Below are positions 10,177 through 20,504 of a stretch of 64,000 bases of DNA, one piece after another. Within the stretch, counting starts at the first letter, position 1, and each line of letters starts with the position of its first letter. Below the pieces are notes generated by a model, which saw only the letters and a list, made by a program, of their open reading frames with translations, did no database searches and had not been told where the DNA came from. Origin of the DNA: Hyalangium minutum (GTDB taxonomy: Bacteria > Myxococcota > Myxococcia > Myxococcales > Myxococcaceae); NCBI RefSeq assembly GCF_000737315.1, contig NZ_JMCB01000001.1, forward strand, positions 558,001-622,000. The letters run 5' to 3'. Both the position numbers and the translations under genes were made by a program.

Positions 10177-10994
10177 TCAGGGGTGCTGCTCGAGGAGGGC
10201 GCCGGCTGGGCGCTCTCCCGAGACGATGATCGGGCAGTCCAGCCAGGGGTGCGGCAGGGTCGTCATCGGGTAGCCGAACGCACGGCTCAGGATGTCCCTC
10301 GTCATGACCGCGTGCGGCGGACCACAGGCGATGGCCTGATGATCGGCGAGGACCAGGACCTTGTCCGCGTACTGAGCGACCAGGTTCAGGTCATGGAGGA
10401 TGAGGAGCGCCGCGACGCCCTCCCCGGTCAGCTCCTTCACGAGCCGCAAGGCCTTGTGCTGATGGGCGACGTCCAGGCTGCTCGTGGGCTCATCCAGCAG
10501 CATCAGCCGGCTTCCAACGTCCTCATGGATCTGCGCGAGCGCACGCGCGAGGTGGACGCGCTGCTGCTCTCCCCCCGAGAGCGTCAGGTAGTTGCGCCCC
10601 TCATATCCCTTGAGCCCTACCCGCTCCATGCAGGCGCGAGCGATGCGCACGTCCTCCCGCGACTCCGGACGGCGCTGCTGGTGGGGAAGCCGCCCCAGCA
10701 TGACAACCTCCAGGGCCTCGTAGGCGAACTGGAGGTTCGTGGTCTGGGGCAGCACGGCCCGCCTCTGGGCCAGCTCGGCCTTCGAGCTGCTCCCGAGGGG
10801 AGCGCCGAAGACGCGGAGCTCTCCCCGCTGACAAGGCAGCTCACCGGTCAGGTGCTTGAAGAGCGTGCTCTTCCCCGCGCCATTGCGCCCGATGACCACC
10901 ATGAACTCGCCAGGCTCCAGGGTCAGGTGGATGCCGGACAGGAGCTGCAGCTCGCCAATACGATAGTGGAGATCTCGAACTTCGAGCGCCGCGG

Positions 10995-10998
<4 letters not shown>
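10177..10998 (-). CDS. hmuV: Heme ABC transporter ATP-binding protein
   Basis: Walker A GRNGAGKS, LSGGEQQRVHLARALAQ, LLDEPTSSLD, ILHDLNL; start MTAALEV overlaps the hmuU stop. Confidence 0.9.
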
Positions 10999-12054
<1,056 letters not shown>

Positions 12055-12074
<20 letters not shown>

Positions 12075-12951
12075 GAATGGCCGTGAAGAGGGTGTCCGCG
12101 AACTGGGGAAAGCGAGGACCGACCCAACGAATGGTGTTGTCCACGGCCAGGATCTTCTTGTTCTTCCCAGCCGGAGTCAGGGCCACGCCCGGGAGCTTCA
12201 GGGCCCCCTCGACGCCGCCCACCGCCTCGAGGCCGCGGTTCAGCATGAGGATCGCATCGGGGAAAGCCTGCACCATGCCCTCGGCTGTCAGCGCCTTGGT
12301 CCCCGTGGTGAAGTCTGCGGCGTTCTGGCCTCCCGCCAGCTCGATGAGCACGTGGACGCCCGTCTCCTTGCCGTAGACGAAGGCCTCTCCCGGGCCATGC
12401 GCGTAGAGGAAGAGGATCCGAGGCTTCTTCTTCAGCGCCGCGATCTTGGTGGCCAGGTCCGCGCGCTGCTTGTCGAGTTCCTGCATCACCCGCTTGCCGG
12501 CGTCCTGAACGTTGAAGAGTCGCGCGATGATGTCGATGCGCCTCTTCAGACCGTCGATCCCATCCTTGGCGGAGTTCTCGAGGATCAGGACGGGAACCCC
12601 GGCGCTCCGAAGCTGCCCGGCGGTGGCGGGCGTCAGGTTCTCCTCCGTCGCGAGGACCAGGTCCGGCTTCAGGCTGATGATGCCCTCGATGCTGGGATGG
12701 TAGGGGTGGCCGACCTTGGCGATCTTCTCCTGCTCGGGAGGCCACGTCCCGCCGACGTCCGTCCCTACGATGGCGTCACCCTTCCCGAGCCTGAACAGGA
12801 TCTCCACCAGCGAGGAGTTGACCGCGACCACCCGCTTGGGAGCGGCGATGTCCACGGACTGGCCGTCGACGCCCTTGAGCGGCTCTGCCAGGGAGAGCGG
12901 GCTCGCGAAGACGATGCCCAGGAGCAACAGCGAGAAGACAGGACGAGTCAT
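12055..12951 (-). CDS. hmuT: Heme ABC transporter substrate-binding protein
   Basis: Signal peptide; EILFRLG, SIEGIISLKPDLV, ALTAEGMVQAFPD, GPR near C-terminus; heme-binding class III SBP pattern. Confidence 0.8.
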
Positions 12952-12973
12952 TGAATTTGCGAATCAATTTCAA
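12951..12973. promoter_or_regulatory. Fur-box-like inverted repeat abutting the hmuT start codon
   Basis: TTGAATTTG-CGAAT-CAATTTCAA (9-bp arms, 1 mismatch); minus-strand core GAAATTGATTCGCAAATTC matches 11/19 of GATAATGATAATCATTATC; AT-rich island in front of an iron-uptake operon. Confidence 0.7.
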
Positions 12974-13060
12974 GAAGACATGCGACTCATGTCACCCTCC
13001 CGTGGCCGCTGTCAAGGACGGTCGACGTGGTACGCACGCGGAAACAGGTATGATCAGCCC

Positions 13061-13366
13061 ATGTTGAAGACGCCCCTGGGACGCTTCCGTGCCATCGCCC
13101 TATTGGAGGGCGTGTCCTTCCTCGTGCTGCTGTTCATCGCCATGCCGCTGAAATACTGGGCCGGCATGCCCCTGGCGGTACGGGTGGTGGGCCTGGCGCA
13201 CGGCGTGCTGTTCCTGGCGTACCTCCCCTCGCTGCTCGAGGTGGCGGTGGCTCACCGCTGGTCGCTGCCACGCACGGTGGCCGCGTTCGGCGCGTCACTC
13301 GTCCCCTTTGGGACCTTCGTGCTCGACGCGAGGTTACGCCGCGAGCAGCAGACCGCAGTCACGTGA
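13061..13366 (+). CDS. DUF3817-like membrane protein
   Basis: FRAIALLEGVSFLVLLFIAMPLKY, HGVLF..Y, SLVPFGTF. Confidence 0.85.
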   Translation: MLKTPLGRFRAIALLEGVSFLVLLFIAMPLKYWAGMPLAVRVVGLAHGVLFLAYLPSLLEVAVAHRWSLPRTVAAFGASLVPFGTFVLDARLRREQQTAVT

Positions 13367-13542
13367 AGGACTGAGTCTTTCGCGTACCGGGGCTCTCCGC
13401 CAAAGGCGCCGCAGGAAAAGTGGAAGCGGCGGGAATGGTGAAGCTGTTCGAAAATCATCCGCACTTCACGATCTTCCCGTGCGACGCGGTGGACGTGATG
13501 CCGTTGCTTTCGGGTCCGCCCGAGGCGTAAGCCCGCGCGCCG

Positions 13543-14196
13543 TCACCCGGGCGGCGGGGCGGCGTTAAACACCGCCAGTTGCGCAGCGAACGCACGCTTG
13601 TAGGCCGGCCGCGCTTCGGCGCGGGCGATATAGGCGGCGAGGTTCGGATACGCCTCGAGAATGCCCGACCCCTGCAGCCTGCGCAGGACCGTCACCATGA
13701 GAATGTCGGCCGCGCTGAAGGCGCCGTCGAGCCAGTCGGCGTCGCCGAGGCGCGCGGCGAGATCGTCCAGCCGTTTCCGGATGATGTCGTCCAGCGCGCG
13801 CAGGCGATGCTCGTACCAGGGCTGGTCGCGCTCGAGAATCATCACCAGACTGCGGTCGAAGATCGGTGGCTCGACCGTGTTGAGCGCCGCGAACATCCAC
13901 GCGATCGCGCGCGCGCGGCCATTCGCATCTTCCGGCAGCAGGCCGGCATGGTGCTCCGCGATGTGGAAGACAATCGCGCCGGACTCGAACAGGGCGAGAT
14001 CGCCCTCCTCATAGGTCGGGATCTGACCGAACGGATGCAGCGCCTTGTGCGAGGGCTCCTTCATCGCATCGAACGACAGCAGACGGACGTCGTAAGGCTG
14101 GTCCACCTCTTCCAGCGCCCAGCGCACCCGCATGTCCCGCGCCAGTCCCCTGCCGCGATCGGGCGAGCGTTCAAAGGCGGTGATAGTGATGGTCAT
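13543..14196 (-). CDS. Glutathione S-transferase family protein (2)
   Basis: RGLARDMRVRWALEE, HPFGQIP, FESGAI, FSAADILM. Confidence 0.92.
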   Translation of the reverse strand: MTITITAFERSPDRGRGLARDMRVRWALEEVDQPYDVRLLSFDAMKEPSHKALHPFGQIPTYEEGDLALFESGAIVFHIAEHHAGLLPEDANGRARAIAWMFAALNTVEPPIFDRSLVMILERDQPWYEHRLRALDDIIRKRLDDLAARLGDADWLDGAFSAADILMVTVLRRLQGSGILEAYPNLAAYIARAEARPAYKRAFAAQLAVFNAAPPPG

Positions 14197-14430
14197 GTCC
14201 TGCTCCTTGATCGCTCAAAGGACGATCCGATGACGGCGCTCCCGGCACCCCGTGTCGGCGCGGCGTGAGTCCGGTTGCATCCGACCTTGCGATAGCACCC
14301 CATCACAACTCAGCCGAGGCCGTCCATGTTGAAGCCGATCGCATCCGCCGCCCTGATGTTGCTGGTCCGCCAAGAACCGATTGTGTCCCGAAATGGAAGC
14401 TCTGCCCCTTTTCTCAGAGGGAAAGCGCTT

Positions 14431-14480
14431 GAGAGCGGCGGGTTGCTCTGCTTGGAGGCGGCGGGATTCGAACCCGCCGC
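14431..14480. repeat. 50-bp dispersed repeat copy 1 with internal inverted repeat; contains a tmRNA-3'-end-like segment on the minus strand
   Basis: 45/50 identical to 16157-16206; arms GCGGCGGGTT...AACCCGCCGC; minus strand reads GCGGGTTCGAATCCCGCCGCCTCCA (T-arm plus acceptor strand). Confidence 0.8.
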
Positions 14481-14742
14481 CTGGAATCTCTGGCGAGAGT
14501 GATCCAGTTCGCGCGAGTGCGGTTTCCACGAGACTGCCCTCGCGGCCTGCGAAGCGAGCCCGGGCACTGAGACCACCGCAGCCCGCGGGGAGCCCCAAGC
14601 AGCAGGTGCCCACTCCCTCCTCTCCTCCTCTGCTCCTCCTAGCTGGGCAGCCTGGGGGTGGGCAGGTGCAATAGGGCTGCACCGCTTCTCCACCGGTCGG
14701 GCCCACCCTACACACTCTGGACACCTGATGTAGGGTGGGCGA

Positions 14743-15480
14743 ATGAAACCTGCATCTCTGGGCCTCCTACTCGTGGTGGGGTGTGCTGTTTCGTCCCCTC
14801 CTCACAGCACGGCTCAGGACGTGGACGCTGCCAGGGGGCCATGGTTGAAGGTACCCGCGGTCGAAATGCCCACGGGAGATGCCTCCATCCCCATCAGCCT
14901 GCTCCGGGACATGGCGGACTCACTTCTCGAGCTTCCCGGCGCCAAGGTGTGCGACCTCGGGAATCAGAGGCCCATTCCAGGCCTCTCCACGGAGTACTGC
15001 TCGACGGTATATGTCGCGGGAAACCGCGACTCCCTGTCATGGCGGGTGACAGACCCCATCAGGGGAGACCATCAGTCATGCAGTCCGTTCTTCGCGGTAA
15101 AGGATGCCGACTACCCCGCCTCACAAGTGTGGGTCGTAGGGTACATCCACAGTCATCCTTGTGGCACGCCCCCTTCCTCAAGAGATCTCCGCGCATGGCC
15201 CACAGACTCGCTCGACCCTTACGTGGCCATGGCGGAATTCCGTCTGGTTCCAGCCAACCCGGCCCCGGCGGTCTACAAAGACACAAACATTGAGATGGCC
15301 TCGGCATTGGTGGCGGACCGCCAGGACGGCACACGCATCTTCCTGCGCTACTTTCCCACGGGCGAAATCCAGCAATGGAGTATCGCAAGAGGCAGCTGGA
15401 TGAGACTCGGCCGCTGCACCCCTGGCAGAGAGGGGCGCCCGCCTCAGTGCGATGAGCCTTTGCGACCGCTGAACGAGTAG
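14743..15480 (+). CDS. Myxobacterial lipoprotein with JAB/JAMM-like motif
   Basis: Lipobox LVVGC; TEYCS and GYIHSHPCGTPPSSRDL motifs. Confidence 0.75.
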   Translation: MKPASLGLLLVVGCAVSSPPHSTAQDVDAARGPWLKVPAVEMPTGDASIPISLLRDMADSLLELPGAKVCDLGNQRPIPGLSTEYCSTVYVAGNRDSLSWRVTDPIRGDHQSCSPFFAVKDADYPASQVWVVGYIHSHPCGTPPSSRDLRAWPTDSLDPYVAMAEFRLVPANPAPAVYKDTNIEMASALVADRQDGTRIFLRYFPTGEIQQWSIARGSWMRLGRCTPGREGRPPQCDEPLRPLNE

Positions 15481-15542
15481 GCGGACCTCATGAGCCAACA
15501 GCCAGGAAAAAGTGACACGATTTCTCAAGTGACTCCGCAGGC

Positions 15543-16133
15543 ATGGAGGCCAGAGACATGATCAAAGCGTATGCGCTCGCAGGGCTTGCAGTGGTGCTGC
15601 CTGGATGTGCCGTCCCCTCCTCTGCATGGAAGGGAAAGGTCGAGTGGCCGAACGATTACCCGAGCAAGAACATCATCCCGTTCATGGAGGCGGGGGCCGC
15701 GCTCGCGGCGGCAGCCGCCATCCAAGAGATGATCAAGACCCATCCCCATCCACACTTGTTCCGGGGATGCTCCAGCCCTGAGCAGGGACTGGAAGTTGCC
15801 GTCTTCGGGGGCCCGACACCGGGTTTGTATTACGTGATGCTGGAGGAGCGCTTCGATCGGTGCGGCGGCCCGCGCTACCGCGTGCTCGACTGGTGGCACG
15901 TGTACGCGGTCACACCCCAAGGTGAAGTCGTGGCAGAAGCCCCTCAACCTCAATGGACGTGGGAGGACGCCGGGGCTGCGCCTTCCCCCCCTGCTCCTCC
16001 TCCTCCGGCCGAGCCAACCTGGACACCGGGCGGTCCGTTCCCGCCAGTCCCGTTGTCTCCACCCGCGCCTGAGGCGCCGCCTGCCCCTTCCGCATTACCG
16101 CCACCTGCAGCGTCCACGCCAGATCAGAGTTGA
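15543..16133 (+). CDS. Myxobacterial lipoprotein with Pro-rich C-terminal tail
   Basis: Lipobox VLPGC; FDRCGGPRYRVLDWWHVYAVTPQGEVVA core; poly-Pro tail. Confidence 0.75.
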   Translation: MEARDMIKAYALAGLAVVLPGCAVPSSAWKGKVEWPNDYPSKNIIPFMEAGAALAAAAAIQEMIKTHPHPHLFRGCSSPEQGLEVAVFGGPTPGLYYVMLEERFDRCGGPRYRVLDWWHVYAVTPQGEVVAEAPQPQWTWEDAGAAPSPPAPPPPAEPTWTPGGPFPPVPLSPPAPEAPPAPSALPPPAASTPDQS

Positions 16134-16156
16134 TCGGATTCAGAGCGAGCGTGCTC

Positions 16157-16206
16157 GAGAGCGGCGGGTTGCTCTGCGCGGAAGCGGCGGGAATCAAACC
16201 CGCCGC
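16157..16206. repeat. 50-bp dispersed repeat copy 2 (direct repeat of 14431-14480)
   Basis: GAGAGCGGCGGGTTGCTCTGCGCGGAAGCGGCGGGAATCAAACCCGCCGC; 45/50 identity to copy 1. Confidence 0.8.
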
Positions 16207-16225
16207 GCAGGTCCGAGAAGCCCGT

Positions 16226-16378
16226 CTACGGCGTCGTGGCTGGGCAGATGTCGCGGTCATGCAGCGGGTTGATATGGCCCTCCGCGTTGCCCATCAGCGA
16301 CTTGGCGAAGATGCCGCCGTCGAAGCTCCCGTCGATGAAGGTAATGTCCGCGTAGGTGGCCAGCACGCGAGAAGGCGC
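16226..16378 (-). pseudogene. C-terminal fragment resembling a choice-of-anchor A domain protein
   Basis: Manual translation APSRVLATYADITFIDGSFDGGIFAKSLMGNAEGHINPLHDRDICPATTP*; no start codon. Confidence 0.5.
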
Positions 16379-16380
16379 CA

Positions 16381-16684
16381 TCCGCCACCTGGGTGCAGTT
16401 CCGGGTCAGCCAGGCGGGATCCAGGTAGAGCATCAAGTACGTGAAGCCTTCATCACCCCGGGCCTGGCCATCATGGATTTCGCCGGGCTCGATCAGGATG
16501 ACCCGTCCCGGCGTGCTGCGATGAAGCGCTCTCCGGCAGGAGAACTCCTGGAGCCCCTGCTCCGTCACTCCGACGAGGTACGCGTCATGGAAGTGGGGAT
16601 CGTAGGCGTGGCCGGTGAAGTGCGCCCGGAGGGTCTCGATGCCCGTAACCAAGTCACGGGAGAGATCGACCCAGTCCCTGCCCT
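16381..16684 (-). pseudogene. Truncated AraC-family regulator (N-terminal cupin ligand-binding domain only)
   Basis: GIETLRAHFTGHAYDPHFHDAYLVGVTEQGLQEF...PGEIHDG; HTH domain missing; the 47-bp repeat sits where the start would be. Confidence 0.75.
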
Positions 16685-16731
16685 TCTGGGACTCAGGAGT
16701 GCGCCTCGGGGAGTGCCAACGCATTCGGGAA
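16685..16731. repeat. 47-bp dispersed repeat copy 1
   Basis: TCTGGGACTCAGGAGTGCGCCTCGGGGAGTGCCAACGCATTCGGGAA; 45/47 identical to 20505-20551. Confidence 0.85.
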
Positions 16732-16845
16732 CCTCGCGCCCCCCAATGGCTGCGGAGGTCTAGCAAGCCAGACCTCCGCAGGGATTGAAGCCTCCCCTCA
16801 CCTTCGAGCTGTGAGTCCTACTTTGAGAGGCATGTGTTGCTCAGC

Positions 16846-17469
16846 TCAGCTGCCGCACGAGTAGGCGCCCTCGAACGTGGAGTAGAGGTATGCCGTCAGG
16901 TATGCCGAGCCGTCACACTGGTTGTAGAAACCGTCGTAGTAATCACGCGCAATGTAATAATAGCAGCTCGGGGTGCCGAGATTGTAGATGTAGTAGTACT
17001 CCGTGTAGAAGGTCGCGGGGACGAGGCAGGGCTCAACGCCCTCAGGCCTGCTGGGAGCCATTTCGAGCTGGGTGTGCAGCTTGACGCTGATCTGAGGCGC
17101 CGCACCCTCGGCCGCAGGGAGCTTCCCCTCGTTGATCATCCGCTGGATACGGTCTTGCACGATGCTCTGGGCCCGGGCGTCACCGGTGCTCTTCTCGCCG
17201 GCGTTCGACTGCCGGAGCGTCCCGAGCGCCTGCAGTGCGTCGGACGAGATCTCGACACGCCCGGTCTGCGGCTTGTTGTTCACCGAGAGCGCCACGTCGA
17301 AAGTCGAGCTTGAGCCACTGGGAAGAGAACGAGCCAGTGACGACGAAGCCGCCGCGGTCTGCGAATGGGCGCCCGAAGTCTCTTCAGGCATGGGGCCGCA
17401 GGCAGACTGCACCAGAGCGACCATGAAGATAGCCAGGGCTGCCATCTTACCGCTTCCGATGAGTTTCAT
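16846..17469 (-). CDS. Secreted protein or lipoprotein with Tyr/Cys-rich C-terminus
   Basis: Hydrophobic leader ending VQSAC; C-terminal TEYYYIYNLGTPSCYYYIARDYYDGFYNQC. Confidence 0.6.
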   Translation of the reverse strand: MKLIGSGKMAALAIFMVALVQSACGPMPEETSGAHSQTAAASSSLARSLPSGSSSTFDVALSVNNKPQTGRVEISSDALQALGTLRQSNAGEKSTGDARAQSIVQDRIQRMINEGKLPAAEGAAPQISVKLHTQLEMAPSRPEGVEPCLVPATFYTEYYYIYNLGTPSCYYYIARDYYDGFYNQCDGSAYLTAYLYSTFEGAYSCGS

Positions 17470-17860
17470 GGGGATTCACTTTCTTGCTGGGGTGAATGGG
17501 GCACGGCTCTACACGAAGGGGCTCTCTCGTGGGTTCGAGCACAGCCCCCTCGAATAGGTTGGAGCCGACGCTTTGGAAAATGATGCAAAGAATCTGCGGG
17601 GGGGCCTCAAAAAGCGGCCGCGGGACAGCGGGGGACGGCAAACACTGGAAGGACGGAGTCTGCCGCGTACCGCTCGGCGGGGCTCTCTGCCCAAGGCGCC
17701 GCATCAAGGGCGACGGGGTGCGCGATTCACCTTCAGACACTCCCGCGCCGCGGGCCGTCGCGCAGTGAATCTCCCCCACGCGCCTTGAGTCGGCGGCCTT
17801 GCCCGTGCCCCAGGCGCTCCCAACCATGGCGCCCCCATCGCCTCACGCAAGGGAGCCTCC

Positions 17861-20164
17861 ATGACCGCCGAGCCGCAACGCCGCGAGTTCCTCCTCGCCA
17901 AGGGCTGGGTGCAGGCCGCCGTCCTGGTGGTGCTGTTCGGCTTCTTCGTCCTGGGGTTGCTCGCATACCGCGCCTACACGGACAGTGCTCCGCTCCCCCA
18001 GCGAGTCGTCACCCCAGAGGGCAGGCTCGTCTTCACCGAAGAGGACATCCTGGCCGGACAGGGCATCTTCCTGCGCAACGGGCTGATGCAGTACGGCTCG
18101 GTGTTCGGCCACGGCGCCTACCTGGGGCCGGACTACACCGCCGACTACCTGCGCCGCTCCGCCCTCTTCGTGCGCGAGCGGCTCGGTGGCGAGCAGGATG
18201 CCTCGGCGGCGATGCGCACCGTGAAGGACTTCCAGACGAACCGGTACGATCCGGCCACGGGCACGCTCGTCTTCAGCGCGGAGCAGGCCGCCGCCTTCGA
18301 GCAACTGGCCGCGCACTACCACGCCACCTTCTCCGTGCCGACCACCGAGAAGGGGCTGCGGCCGAGCGCCATCCCGGATCCGGCCGACACCCGGCGGCTC
18401 ACCGCCTTCTTCGCCTGGACAGCGTGGGCTGCTTCGGCCCGGCGCCCGGGGCTCGAGTACTCGTACACCAACAACTGGCCCCCGGAGCCGCGCGTGGGCA
18501 ACGGCCCCACGGGCGCCATGGTGGTGTGGAGCATGCTGTCGCTCATCGCGCTGCTGGGAGGCATCGGCCTGCTGATGGCCGCCTTCGGCCGGTGGAACTT
18601 CCTCGGCTGGCACGCGCGCGATCAGCAGACGGTGTCCTTCCACCCGCCCGGCAAGGTGTCCCTCACCCCGTCCCAGCGCGCGTGCGCGGGGTTCTTCCTG
18701 GTGATGGCGGTGCTCTTCCTGCTGCAGGCCCTGCTGGGCGGTGCCACGCAGCACTACCGCGCCGAGCTGACCAGCTTCTTCGGCTTCAACCTGGCCACCC
18801 TGCTCCCCTTCAACCTCGCGCGCACCTGGCACGTGCAGCTGTCCCTGCTCTGGGTGGCGACCTCCTATCTGGCCGCAGGCATCTTCCTGGCTCCCATGGT
18901 GGCCGGCCATGAGCCGCGCGGGCAGCACTGGCTCGCCTACGCGCTGCTGGGAGCGCTCGTGGTGGTGGTGTTCGGCAGCCTCGCGGGAGAGTTCGCCGGC
19001 ATCCACGGGTGGACGCCCAGCACGTGGTTCGGCAATCAGGGCTTCGAGTACCTGGACCTCGGGCGCTTCTGGCAGGTGCTGCTGTCGCTCGGGTTGCTGT
19101 TCTGGGTGGGACTGCTGCTGCGCGTGCTGCGGCGCCGGCTGCGCACCGAGCACCCCGGCAACATGCCGTGGATGTTCTTTTACTCGGCGCTGGCCATCCC
19201 CGCCTTCTACGCGGTGGGCCTGCTGGCCCGGCCTACCTCGCACTTCACCCTCACGGACTTCTGGCGCTTCTGGGTGGTGCACCTCTGGGTGGAGGACTTC
19301 CTGGAACTCTTCACCACCCTCATGGTGGCCTACATCTTCGTGCTGCTGGGCGTGGTGTCCGAGCGCGTGGCCCTGCGCGTGATCTACCTGGACATCATCC
19401 TGTACTCGGCAGGCGGCGTGATCGGCACCATGCACCACCTGTACTTCTCCGGCACGCCGGTGGAACACATGGCGCTCGGCGCCTTCTTTTCCGCCGCCGA
19501 GGTGATTCCCCTCACCTTTCTCACCGTGGAGGCGTGGAGTTTCCTGAGGCTCGGCCACGCGCAGCATGCGAAGTCCCCCACGCCCTTTCCCCACCGCTGG
19601 GCCATCCTCTTCCTGGTGTCGGTGGGCTTCTGGAACTTCCTGGGCGCCGGCATCTTCGGCTTCCTCATCAACCTGCCCATCGTGTCGTACTACGAGATTG
19701 GCACCGCGCTGACAGCCAACCACGGCCACGCCGCGATGATGGGCGTCTACGGCATGCTGGCCGTGGGGCTGGCGATGTTCGCGCTGCGCTACCTCGTGCC
19801 CGAGGATCGCTGGTCCGAGCGGGCCGCGAAGCTCAGCTTCTGGTCGCTCAACCTCGGGCTGGCGTGGATGGTGTTCGCCAACCTCTTCCCGCTGGGCGTG
19901 CTGCAGCTCCACGAGTCCGTCACCCACGGCTACTACGAGGCGCGCCAGCTCGACTTCCTCACCAGCGAGCGGGTGGAGTTGCTCGAGTGGTTGCGGCTGC
20001 CCGGCGACGCCGTCTTCATCGTGGGCGGCGTGCTGCCCCTGGTGCTGCTGTGCTGGCGGGGTGTGCGCCACGGCCTGCGGCGTGCGGCGCCCACCGAGCC
20101 GGTGCTCGCTCCGCTCTTCACCCATGTCGAACACGCGGTCGAACCGGAGCAGTCACAGCCATGA
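17861..20164 (+). CDS. norB: Quinol-dependent nitric oxide reductase (qNor, NorB/NorZ)
   Basis: GSVFGHGAYLGPDYTAD, RTWHVQL, WVVHLWVEDFLELF, GTMHHLYF and NHGHAAMMGVYG heme/Fe ligand motifs; about 14 TM helices. Confidence 0.95.
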   Translation: MTAEPQRREFLLAKGWVQAAVLVVLFGFFVLGLLAYRAYTDSAPLPQRVVTPEGRLVFTEEDILAGQGIFLRNGLMQYGSVFGHGAYLGPDYTADYLRRSALFVRERLGGEQDASAAMRTVKDFQTNRYDPATGTLVFSAEQAAAFEQLAAHYHATFSVPTTEKGLRPSAIPDPADTRRLTAFFAWTAWAASARRPGLEYSYTNNWPPEPRVGNGPTGAMVVWSMLSLIALLGGIGLLMAAFGRWNFLGWHARDQQTVSFHPPGKVSLTPSQRACAGFFLVMAVLFLLQALLGGATQHYRAELTSFFGFNLATLLPFNLARTWHVQLSLLWVATSYLAAGIFLAPMVAGHEPRGQHWLAYALLGALVVVVFGSLAGEFAGIHGWTPSTWFGNQGFEYLDLGRFWQVLLSLGLLFWVGLLLRVLRRRLRTEHPGNMPWMFFYSALAIPAFYAVGLLARPTSHFTLTDFWRFWVVHLWVEDFLELFTTLMVAYIFVLLGVVSERVALRVIYLDIILYSAGGVIGTMHHLYFSGTPVEHMALGAFFSAAEVIPLTFLTVEAWSFLRLGHAQHAKSPTPFPHRWAILFLVSVGFWNFLGAGIFGFLINLPIVSYYEIGTALTANHGHAAMMGVYGMLAVGLAMFALRYLVPEDRWSERAAKLSFWSLNLGLAWMVFANLFPLGVLQLHESVTHGYYEARQLDFLTSERVELLEWLRLPGDAVFIVGGVLPLVLLCWRGVRHGLRRAAPTEPVLAPLFTHVEHAVEPEQSQP

Positions 20165-20481
20165 GCTTCCACGCCGAGGTGGGATGGGCCTCCGGGTACG
20201 CGCTCTTCTTGCTGTTAGCGGCGCGAGGGCTGGTGGCGCTGGGGCGGCGGGCCCGCGCGGGCGAGGACACGTGGCCTCGCTCGGAGGTGGCCCGCTTCCA
20301 CCAAGTGCTGGCCGCGCCTCTGGTGCTGCTGGCGGGGCTTCTCGTCGGGCTCTGCGCGCTCCGCCATCACGAGGGCCTCGAGCTGGGGTGGCTGGGGCTG
20401 GTGGCGCTGGTCATCACCTGGGTGGCCCGGCGAACCTGGAGTGAGTGGCGAGAGGAGTCTTCCGCCAGGCACGCGCCATAA
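20161..20481 (+). CDS. Small membrane protein coupled to qNor
   Basis: ATGA overlap with the norB stop; 106 aa with about 3 hydrophobic segments. Confidence 0.65.
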   Translation: MSFHAEVGWASGYALFLLLAARGLVALGRRARAGEDTWPRSEVARFHQVLAAPLVLLAGLLVGLCALRHHEGLELGWLGLVALVITWVARRTWSEWREESSARHAP

Positions 20482-20504
20482 CGTCGTCACGGGAGCGTTG
20501 CCTC

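Noticed and set aside
13390-13530. Short frame ...KVEAAGMVKLFENHPHFTIFPCDAVDVMPLLSGPPEA* as a recombinase C-terminal remnant
   Set aside because: No start codon and no recognisable catalytic motif; only the embedded tmRNA-like 16-mer is supportable
14431-14480. Calling the GGTTCGAATCC-containing segments intact tRNA or tmRNA genes
   Set aside because: Only the T-arm and 3' acceptor strand are present; no 5' acceptor strand, D-arm or tag region adjoins
15960-16130. CCT/CCG-rich tract as a tandem repeat element
   Set aside because: It is the Pro-rich coding tail of the lipoprotein; similarly, the 3230-3340 repeats are Ser/Gly coding low complexity
17560-17860. Sigma-54, FNR or NsrR site upstream of qNor (and sigma-54 site upstream of fdh)
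   Set aside because: No convincing TGGCAC-N5-TTGC, TTGAT-N4-ATCAA or NsrR-like dyad found by eye
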